A DNA stretch of 64,000 bases from Candidatus Heimdallarchaeota archaeon (GTDB taxonomy: Archaea > Asgardarchaeota > Heimdallarchaeia > Hodarchaeales > Hodarchaeaceae). The notes under the pieces are model-generated. The model was not told where the DNA came from. It ran no database searches and worked only from the letters and a program-made list of their open reading frames with translations. The DNA lies in assembly GCA_048881705.1 (NCBI GenBank), contig JBHLSH010000002.1, positions 18,009 through 82,008 on the forward strand, given 5' to 3'. The position numbers were made by a program, and so were the translations under genes. This document shows, piece after piece, positions 38,921-47,163 of the stretch (its first letter is position 1; each line of letters opens with the position of its first letter).

Positions 38921-40237
38921 GTGATGATAACGAACGTAGCTATCTCAATTCTCATTAGAACGGTGAAACAAACCATACGTGATCCCTCACGCGTCCTCCT
39001 AATTGTTGGGTTCCCTTTCGTTTTTATTGCAGTTTTTGCCTTCATTTTTGCAGATTTTGGTGGTTCACAAACCTTTTCTATCGGGATCGTCAATAACGAG
39101 GATGTAGATCTGAGTACATTCCAGAATGAATTTTCTCCTTATGTTCCTGAAGCATCCAACAACACAATCAATCCTTTCGTTCATGGTTTTGGTCATCTGT
39201 TTTTGGAAAGTCTACAGGGAAATACAAATCTGAAATTATCGAATCTGACATTCAGGTTAGTTCCGTTCGATTTTTTGGACGATGCAAAGGCAGCGGTTCA
39301 AGCAAGAGCGGTGGTAGCGGTAGTACAAATCAAAAATGATTTCTCGTATGGTATTCTATCTGGAATCAACTCCATGGCTGCCACTTTGAATGGAACTCCA
39401 ATCGCCCCAGATCCTCAAGTCAATAATTGGAATGCCACGATTTTTATCGAAGGTGATCCGACGTATCAGACCTTCCAGACCGCACGAACGGAGATTGAAG
39501 CTGCATTCAAGGTGTTCCAGGTACATTATTACGGTATAGAACGTGCAGGCGGAAATCTTGATGTTCGTTACCAACTAGTACAAAGCGTAGAACTGCGAGT
39601 TTTCGATAACTTCGTGGCAGGATTTTTCACATTTGGTATCGTTTTAAGTGCGTCTTCAATCGCAGGAATCATTGGCATAGAAAGGGCAGAGGGAACCTTG
39701 GACAGATTAAAACTCTCTGATGCTAGTTCTTTAGAAATGCTTGTTGGATTGACAATGGGTCATATCATAGCGGTAGGAACGCAGATGGCATTCATGTTTT
39801 TGGCTGCTCTATTTTTTGGATTTAGGGGCCAAGGAGATGTTATATCAGCTTATTTGATAGGCATTTTGACAATTTTTCCCGTCCTGGGCCTTGCATTCTT
39901 CGTTGCGGCGTATATTCCAAATGGCAGAGATGCGAACTCAGTCATTGCTATTCTTTCCGCGCCTATTGGGTTCCTTTCAGGATCCTTTCTAGAAGTCCCT
40001 GCGGTTCCATTAGTGGCTAATATAATTCCTGATGGGGTAGGTGGGCTTCGTGCCCTTCAATTATGGGATTTTTTCCCATTTGCGCCAAGTGTGGACGCTA
40101 TAAGAAAGATTTTGCTATCGGAATACTCACTTATACAGGTGCTCCCGGAAATTTTTCTCCTTCTCTTAGGAGGGGGATTATTTTACTTTCTAGGGGCGAT
40201 ATTTTTCCTCAAACGCGTGTTAAAACCGGCTAAATGA
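38921..40237 (+). CDS. ABC-2 exporter permease
   Basis: ERAEGTLDRL and PFAPSVDAIR; same architecture as the upstream permease. Confidence 0.88.
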   Translation: MMITNVAISILIRTVKQTIRDPSRVLLIVGFPFVFIAVFAFIFADFGGSQTFSIGIVNNEDVDLSTFQNEFSPYVPEASNNTINPFVHGFGHLFLESLQGNTNLKLSNLTFRLVPFDFLDDAKAAVQARAVVAVVQIKNDFSYGILSGINSMAATLNGTPIAPDPQVNNWNATIFIEGDPTYQTFQTARTEIEAAFKVFQVHYYGIERAGGNLDVRYQLVQSVELRVFDNFVAGFFTFGIVLSASSIAGIIGIERAEGTLDRLKLSDASSLEMLVGLTMGHIIAVGTQMAFMFLAALFFGFRGQGDVISAYLIGILTIFPVLGLAFFVAAYIPNGRDANSVIAILSAPIGFLSGSFLEVPAVPLVANIIPDGVGGLRALQLWDFFPFAPSVDAIRKILLSEYSLIQVLPEIFLLLLGGGLFYFLGAIFFLKRVLKPAK

Positions 40238-40338
40238 AGAAAAGGTAAAATAATTTTTTTGTACCGTTATAATACGTAATTAATTACCCCGAAGTTAATC
40301 ATAGCGTTATTGAAAACCGTAATCTGGCGATGTGAACG

Positions 40339-42414
40339 ATGGCAAACGAAGATAGACCCGTATATCCCCATACAGAGCAGATCCCTGTAACAAACACTCT
40401 CCATGGGATTGAAATTACCGATAATTATCAATGGCTTGAAGATACCGAAAGTGAAGCAGTTAAAAACTGGATTACAAATCAGAATATCTTTTCCAAACCC
40501 TATCTCGACAATATCCCAGTTCGTGAGGATATTCGGGAACGAATTCAGGAACTTTATGAATTCGAGCAGATTTTGGATGTAATTGAACGGGAGAATGGCT
40601 GGTTTTTTCGAAAGAAACATGTGGATAAACAACAACCCGTCCTATACTTCCGTTCAAAGAAAAATCCAACACACGATCAGGTCTTGATAGACATTAATGT
40701 GCGCGACCCTTCTGGTTTAACAACAATAGACTACGTGTATCCATCGCATGACGGAACATTGATGGCGTATGGCCTTAGCAAGGGAGGTGATGAGTGGTCA
40801 ACCCTGTATCTTATGAATGTTACAACAGGACAGGATTTTGGGGAAAAAGAATCCATTAAACGTGCTAAATATTCGTATGTTTCCTGGAAAAAGGACAAAA
40901 CGGGATTTTATTATACACGATTCTTTAATCCTGGAGAGGTACCTAAAGGAGAGGAGAATTTTCATTCACATATTCGTTTTCATAGCTTGGGAAGCGATCC
41001 GGATCAGGATCCCATAATATTCAGACATGCAAAAGAACCAACTGCATATCCTGATTATGTGCTATCCCCTGATGAAACGTATATGGTGGTCTATATCTAT
41101 CGTTTCGTTTCATCAGATCTTCATTTAATAGACCTAGCTAATGATAACCATATGATTCCCATTGTAACAGAAAGTAAATGGCTATTCTACCCGTATGTGA
41201 GTTCTGAGCATATTTATGTTCTCAGCAATTACAGATCACCCAATTATGGCGTTTACCGATTTACTAGGAGTAAACTAAACATCAGTGATTGGGAAGAAGT
41301 TATAGAACCGCGAGAATATGTATTGCAGGACATAAATCTAGTTTATCAAAACATTGTGGCACTTTGGATGCATAATGTAAGCAATAAGCTGACTCTGCAT
41401 GATGTTGATGGAAAAGAAGTCGATAGGATTCCGATTCCAAAGAACGGGTCGATCCAGACTTCCCCTCCAGGAACGATGCTATTTGGGTCATTAGACGCGG
41501 AAAACCTGTTTTTCAATTTTCAGACCTTTCTCCAGCCTCCCATGACCTATCAGTATCACATCCCGTCTCAAACCCTAAGTCGCTTCTTTGAATATGACAT
41601 CCGAATTTCTTCAGATGAATTTGAGGTTACCGAAGAATATTTCGCCTCGAAAGATGGAACCAAAGTCCATATGTTCATTATAAGCCGCCCTAATGTCGAA
41701 AGGAATAAAAAAAATCCAACATTATTGTACGGGTATGGCGGATTCGGGATCAGTATTGCGCCAACCTACAGCCCAAATATTCTACATTGGGTAGAAAGAA
41801 ACGGCGTGATTGCGGTAGCAAACATCCGTGGTGGTGGTGAACATGGTGAAGAGTGGCATCAAGCAGGAATGCTTGGGAGAAAACAAAACGTCTTTGACGA
41901 TTTCATTGCTGCCGCTGAATATTTAGTAAAAAGCAATATCTGCTCTCCTGAAACTCTAGGAATGTGGGGTGGAAGCAATGGAGGTCTTCTAGTAGGAGCA
42001 GTTCTCGTTCAACGTCCTGAGCTATTTGCTGCCGTCTATTGTGCTGTGCCACTCCTTGATATGCTTCGTTATCATCATTTCTTGTTGGGAAAAACCTGGG
42101 TTCCTGAATATGGTGACCCAGATAACCCTGATCACTTTCATTGGCTTCATGCATATTCGCCTTATCAGAATGTAAACCCCAAAGGAACCTATCCTTCAGT
42201 GTTGTTCAAAACAGCTACGAATGATAGTCGAGTGGATGCTAGTCATGCGTTTAAAATGGCAGCGTTAATGCAGAGTCTTTCATCCACATCCGAACCTATT
42301 CTATTAAAGGTAGACACAAGCGCTGGACATGGCGTGGGGCGATCCCTCACTAAACTTGTGAATGATAGTACTGATCTTTTGACATACTTTTACTGGCGAT
42401 TAGGGGCACAATAG
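40339..42414 (+). CDS. Prolyl oligopeptidase (S9A)
   Basis: DNYQWLE, catalytic GGSNGG, DSRV and GHG. Confidence 0.95.
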   Translation: MANEDRPVYPHTEQIPVTNTLHGIEITDNYQWLEDTESEAVKNWITNQNIFSKPYLDNIPVREDIRERIQELYEFEQILDVIERENGWFFRKKHVDKQQPVLYFRSKKNPTHDQVLIDINVRDPSGLTTIDYVYPSHDGTLMAYGLSKGGDEWSTLYLMNVTTGQDFGEKESIKRAKYSYVSWKKDKTGFYYTRFFNPGEVPKGEENFHSHIRFHSLGSDPDQDPIIFRHAKEPTAYPDYVLSPDETYMVVYIYRFVSSDLHLIDLANDNHMIPIVTESKWLFYPYVSSEHIYVLSNYRSPNYGVYRFTRSKLNISDWEEVIEPREYVLQDINLVYQNIVALWMHNVSNKLTLHDVDGKEVDRIPIPKNGSIQTSPPGTMLFGSLDAENLFFNFQTFLQPPMTYQYHIPSQTLSRFFEYDIRISSDEFEVTEEYFASKDGTKVHMFIISRPNVERNKKNPTLLYGYGGFGISIAPTYSPNILHWVERNGVIAVANIRGGGEHGEEWHQAGMLGRKQNVFDDFIAAAEYLVKSNICSPETLGMWGGSNGGLLVGAVLVQRPELFAAVYCAVPLLDMLRYHHFLLGKTWVPEYGDPDNPDHFHWLHAYSPYQNVNPKGTYPSVLFKTATNDSRVDASHAFKMAALMQSLSSTSEPILLKVDTSAGHGVGRSLTKLVNDSTDLLTYFYWRLGAQ

Positions 42415-42474
42415 AAATCTAGATAGGAGATATCTTAGCGGCCGGATTTTTTTAACCCTTGTGTTTTTTGACCA

Positions 42475-43476
42475 ATGACTGGGAGTCAAGTTGGACTTAT
42501 GCTGGATTCAATAGATTTAGCGCTACTCTATGAATTACATCAGAAATGCCGTTCGTCATTTTCAGAATTGGCATCTAGGCTTGAACTGCCCGTACAAGAG
42601 ATAAAAGACCGAATGAATCGCTATCTTCGTGAACGAATTATTCAGAAGTTCACTGTTGTCCCAACCCCGGCGTTGTTTGGGGCAAAGGAAGCTGTCGTCC
42701 ATTTTTCGAGTGCGGATGGAAATCATCCCGAACCAATAGACTTGGATCGGATTACCCTAATGGGGGTTTTTTCACCGGTTACTTTGATTTCAACTGGCAC
42801 TCTTACCGAAGGGTTTGCGATCGTTCATTATCGATCAGAAATCGAACTTGCAGAGGTAGTATCTCATTTTCGTCAGGTTTGCCCCTTCTTTGCCCAACTA
42901 GCCGCATTTCCTGTCCAAGCTTTGACCCATGATGTTCTCAAAAGGCCGAAGAAGAGTCTCCTTGAGTTTGAAAAGGTTGATTGGCTAATTCTCACCCATC
43001 TGCGAGAACAGGGCCGACTCCCATTAGGAGATCTTTCAATAAGGACGCGTTTACCAGTCGAAACTCTCGTCGAACGGTTGGATTTTCTCCGAACTCACCA
43101 ATTAATTGACGAAACGATTTGGCTAAATCCCGCTCTTTCCCACAAAAGGGGCACCTGGACCTTATTTAAGATGGAACTAACTTTTTTTACCTCCCTTCTT
43201 CTGGAAGAACTCGAAGGCGAAATTAAAAGAAATTCCTGTTTTTGGCCTCCTAGTTTTTGGAAAGTGGAAGATCAGAACATCTTGATTTTGGGATTCTTTT
43301 GTTCTTCTTATACTGAAGTGGAGAAAATCCAGAGTACACTAACGGAGATACCTGGATTGAAGAGTATTGAGAAACTTATGGGAGGAGCCACCTATTATTT
43401 CCAAGACTATCGAGACGAATTGTTGGAAGAAAAAAAGGCACATGGATGGTTTTCTCCTGAACAATGGGTTGTCTAG
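42475..43476 (+). CDS. Tandem Lrp/AsnC-type HTH regulator
   Basis: Two HTH units: DSIDLALLYELHQKCRSSFSELA and VDWLILTHLREQGRLPL. Confidence 0.8.
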   Translation: MTGSQVGLMLDSIDLALLYELHQKCRSSFSELASRLELPVQEIKDRMNRYLRERIIQKFTVVPTPALFGAKEAVVHFSSADGNHPEPIDLDRITLMGVFSPVTLISTGTLTEGFAIVHYRSEIELAEVVSHFRQVCPFFAQLAAFPVQALTHDVLKRPKKSLLEFEKVDWLILTHLREQGRLPLGDLSIRTRLPVETLVERLDFLRTHQLIDETIWLNPALSHKRGTWTLFKMELTFFTSLLLEELEGEIKRNSCFWPPSFWKVEDQNILILGFFCSSYTEVEKIQSTLTEIPGLKSIEKLMGGATYYFQDYRDELLEEKKAHGWFSPEQWVV

Positions 43477-43574
43477 TCAAGGTCTTTTTGAAAAGCAATG
43501 TGGAAGGCCAGAAACAAGGAATCAAGGAGAATTTCATCTACTAACAGAAATTCCGACGAGTACAGAATTCCACA

Positions 43575-44909
43575 TTAAGGTTCCTTTTTTGATCTAGTTT
43601 GAACAATTGAGAAGAGGATGGCCGTAAGGCCTGCTAAAGCCAGCATAAATCCACCAAGCTGAGTAACTTGGGCCAGGGAAAGCCCTTCTTCTAATAAGAA
43701 AGATCCTAGTAATGATCCTATCCCAAAACAAAGAAGACCCACAGATTTAAAAACGCCGATTATGTTTTCTGGTTGGAGATTGTGTTCATGCTCATGGGAA
43801 TGTATACCTAAAACGAATCCTGTGCCTTGGGTGAATCCCAGGTCAAGGTGAGCATGTAAATGGCGGTAATTCTGATCTTCAAGCTCAAATGCCAGCGCTG
43901 CCTTGTTTCTTGCTGGCTCAAGAAGGCCTTCAGACAGGCCTGCAAGGAATAAGACACCAAATAAGAGAAAAAGAAGAGTAACTCCTGGATAAAAAAGAAT
44001 GATGAACCCTTTTAATATAAGACTTATAACAAGGGGAATAGAATAACCTATTTTATCAATCAGACGTCCTGCCAGGATCTGGCTTAACCCCCAGGTAAGA
44101 TCGGCAAAAAAATAACCCAAACTGATACTAGGGGTGTTAAAACCATTTTGATTTAATAAAATCGATAAATTAGGGGTATAAAAGCCGTGTGCAAAGTCAT
44201 AAATTCCATATATGAGCGCCAGTAAAAGAACCGCAGGAAGAAACATGAAGTTCTTTATCCATGAGTTAAGGTGGAAATGTGGGAGGGCCCATTTTTGCTT
44301 TAAGAAAATCTGCTTTTTTTGATCATAACTAGGCAGTAACGGCATAAGCATGCCCCAGGCTAATATAGAAAGGGCAAATCCAATTGCAGCAATGATTTGC
44401 AAGATTTGAAGGGAAGATAGCATAGGAATTGTTACCTCGATCATTTGCCACCCGATTCCAGCAAGAACCTGACCTATTGCAAGTCCAGAAAAAACCGAAG
44501 CGAACAACCCTCCAAGAACCTCCCCCTGACGTGTGGCAAAGCGAATTGCGATTTTGATCAGAGCCAGGAAATATAAACCGTATGCCATTCCTTCAAATAA
44601 CCGCACCCAGACAAAAACGGAAGGTTCTGTCATAAAAGCCATAAGAGATGCAGTACTGAGTGTACATAATCCCGCAATTAAAAAACGGGATCGAATAGAA
44701 ACCAACAGAGAGGTTAAAACGAGAAAAACAACAAGTTGGCCAATTGCGAGAATAGAACTCCCTATTGAGACCAAGGAAGTAGATCCTCCCATCAAAATTA
44801 TTTGAAAAGGAAATATAAAACGAAGTGCTCCCAGACTAACATGTAAGAGAAAAATTCCAATACAATAGACTTGTAACCGACGGTCAGTTAATAATAACCA
44901 TGATGACAC
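43575..44909 (-). CDS. MFS transporter with His-rich loop
   Basis: About 12 TMs and GRLIDKIG motif A; RHLHAH...HSHEHEH before TM11. Confidence 0.85.
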   Translation of the reverse strand: MSSWLLLTDRRLQVYCIGIFLLHVSLGALRFIFPFQIILMGGSTSLVSIGSSILAIGQLVVFLVLTSLLVSIRSRFLIAGLCTLSTASLMAFMTEPSVFVWVRLFEGMAYGLYFLALIKIAIRFATRQGEVLGGLFASVFSGLAIGQVLAGIGWQMIEVTIPMLSSLQILQIIAAIGFALSILAWGMLMPLLPSYDQKKQIFLKQKWALPHFHLNSWIKNFMFLPAVLLLALIYGIYDFAHGFYTPNLSILLNQNGFNTPSISLGYFFADLTWGLSQILAGRLIDKIGYSIPLVISLILKGFIILFYPGVTLLFLLFGVLFLAGLSEGLLEPARNKAALAFELEDQNYRHLHAHLDLGFTQGTGFVLGIHSHEHEHNLQPENIIGVFKSVGLLCFGIGSLLGSFLLEEGLSLAQVTQLGGFMLALAGLTAILFSIVQTRSKKEP

Positions 44910-45038
44910 AAGGAATCATTTCCGATCCAAGAAAAGAGCTTGAAATAGGCAGAAAAAGAATCATTTTTTGAAATTGTGATTTGATTCCAAAGAAACCGAT
45001 TTGAAAGCCAGTATTTTTTTGCAGGCTACCTCCTCTGA

Positions 45039-46532
45039 TTAATGCGAATCAAACAATACATCAGAAGTTAATGTAATTAGGTCGGCAGCTTCCATTTGAG
45101 AAATTGCGCGTCCATCAGAATCTTGGGTCAAAAAAAGTTTCCAATAACCAGAGTGAAGTTGGTCGTAAACCTTTAGAGCTTCTTTACGTTGTCCTAGTTC
45201 ATTGAGAAGAACTCCCTTCAGAAATAAATATGCCTCCAGCATCAGTCCACTGCGGTTAGCCGGTAAATCAGCCAAAAGTTTAATGGATCGTTTTAAAGCG
45301 TCCCCTGCATCTTTGAGGATCCAAAGTCTTAGTGGGTTCGCTGTATCCTTGCCGATTCGATTTACAAATGAAAATTGTTTTACAGAAATCGCTCGTGGTC
45401 GAAAAAAAGCCTCTATAGAAACAGTCATTGAGGCACCACTGAAGAAAATTCGGATTTCTTTTGTGATTTTCAAGCTACGATCTACTAGCAGGATTTGAAG
45501 TGGGATTTCATCCATTTGAGGAGGAATGGCGGTGATTTTCAACCTAATGGGGTATCTGCCTGCTGCCCTTCTACTGACTTTAAAATCGGAATGGAAGTCG
45601 GGGCGTGGAACCCCGCGCAAGTAACGGTCGTAAAAGTTTTTTACTTGCCATATATATTCGTCTGGCCATATTTTTTGTGTTGAGCCAGAGGTCACACCAT
45701 GAACCCACCACAGTTGGTTTGGACACTTCAAATACATGGCATTATAGTTTTTCCAAATTTCAGTATTGGGAAACGTCTGATCTTCTCGTACGGCAATCAC
45801 AAGTGTGGGGCAGGCATGAAGATTATTAACAACAATTTCCTTTTTTTGCCATGTGGTACCCCAAAGAACAGGCCAAAGTACCAAAGCTAGGATCAACTTG
45901 GTTAACCGAAACGGAATCCCCCTACTGAACTGGAGCGTTCCTGCAATATAATTCCAAACACTTACGGGGCCATCCTCCAGAATCACGGCCCTAATCGGCT
46001 GGTCTCGGATCAATTGAGAAGCAAGGTAGGTCCCAAAACCGCTGCTATAGATGCCTATCTGACGTTTATCTATTTCTGGCCGTGTAATCATGTACTCAAG
46101 TGCTGCCTGTATTACGTTTTCACAGGCCCTCGGAGCGAGCGTTAATACTTTGAATTTACGTTCCTCCTCATCCAGATGATGATAGAAGGGCATTAAAACA
46201 TTATATCCTAGCGATTGAATGATGGATCCAGTTTGAAGACTCCGTTTATAATCGGATCCATAAAACCAGTTTGGAACCATTAAAATACTTGCCCTAGATT
46301 CATTACTTGGGAAAAAAAGCGCGTGCCGAGGTGGCGAACCATTTGATGGGATCTCCACCAATTCTGCTTGAATATTGCATTCATCTGGATGAACAAAAGG
46401 GAATTCTTGTTCCCGGGCAAATATCCAGAACAAAAGGTGAGGTATTATCTCAAAGTAGCGAAGAATGATGATAGTGATTAATGACAAACCTGCAAATCCA
46501 ACGATGATTTCCACCAGAGCCATTATCCTCAC
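45039..46532 (-). CDS. Membrane-anchored alpha/beta-hydrolase-fold protein (degenerate nucleophile motif) with C-terminal extension
   Basis: N-terminal TM; RPEIDKRQIGIYSSGFG in the nucleophile-elbow position; AVILEDGP. Confidence 0.6.
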   Translation of the reverse strand: MRIMALVEIIVGFAGLSLITIIILRYFEIIPHLLFWIFAREQEFPFVHPDECNIQAELVEIPSNGSPPRHALFFPSNESRASILMVPNWFYGSDYKRSLQTGSIIQSLGYNVLMPFYHHLDEEERKFKVLTLAPRACENVIQAALEYMITRPEIDKRQIGIYSSGFGTYLASQLIRDQPIRAVILEDGPVSVWNYIAGTLQFSRGIPFRLTKLILALVLWPVLWGTTWQKKEIVVNNLHACPTLVIAVREDQTFPNTEIWKNYNAMYLKCPNQLWWVHGVTSGSTQKIWPDEYIWQVKNFYDRYLRGVPRPDFHSDFKVSRRAAGRYPIRLKITAIPPQMDEIPLQILLVDRSLKITKEIRIFFSGASMTVSIEAFFRPRAISVKQFSFVNRIGKDTANPLRLWILKDAGDALKRSIKLLADLPANRSGLMLEAYLFLKGVLLNELGQRKEALKVYDQLHSGYWKLFLTQDSDGRAISQMEAADLITLTSDVLFDSH

Positions 46533-46585
46533 ATACTTCGATAACCAAGAAACACCTTATCGCAAATTAAAACATTATGATGAAG

Positions 46586-47005
46586 TTATTTATTCGCTTC
46601 CTTTCCAATGAACCTCAGATCCTTCTCCAATGCATTCATTGAGAGGCCGATAGTTTTAATGAGTTTATAGTGCTGTTGAAGTTGTAGATTGATAGGTTCA
46701 ACGAAGCTCCCGAATTTTTGTTGAAAGCTTTTGATAAGTTGGATCTTATTCTTCTTCTGGTTGAATGGGCTCTGCTTCTTCAATTGACGTTCTCTTTGAA
46801 GCGCTGCTCTGCGGGAATGATAGGATTCGAGATAAGCTAATTCAATTGGTTGTTTATTCGTTAGTCGAGCACCTTTCGTGGCAATCAATCCACTATGGGA
46901 AGCAATTCTCTGGCCAAGTCGATGGGTATAACCAGTGTAGATCTTTCGATTGAAACCCTGGCTTTTTTCTCCGACAAGAAGCATGTAAACAAAATGAGGA
47001 GGCAA
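46586..47005 (-). CDS. GIY-YIG nuclease family protein (UPF0213-like)
   Basis: FVYML...YTGYT...RIASH...GARLT...E...A.QRERQLK. Confidence 0.8.
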   Translation of the reverse strand: MPPHFVYMLLVGEKSQGFNRKIYTGYTHRLGQRIASHSGLIATKGARLTNKQPIELAYLESYHSRRAALQRERQLKKQSPFNQKKNKIQLIKSFQQKFGSFVEPINLQLQQHYKLIKTIGLSMNALEKDLRFIGKEANK

Positions 47006-47163
47006 GGTGGATCAAAAGTATGCTCATAACCTATAAATCTTTGGAAAGATTCAGAAATCGAAATAGCCCCTTCTCTTTCGTTTTTCCATCGGCTTTCACC
47101 TTTGGACTTCCGTGGTTGGGTAACGGTAAAGGTGCTTTCCAGATCATCCAAATCTGAAGATCT

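Noticed and set aside
46586-47005. GIY-YIG gene as a homing endonuclease or mobile element
   Set aside because: It is a short stand-alone UPF0213-type protein with no intron, intein or flanking repeats.
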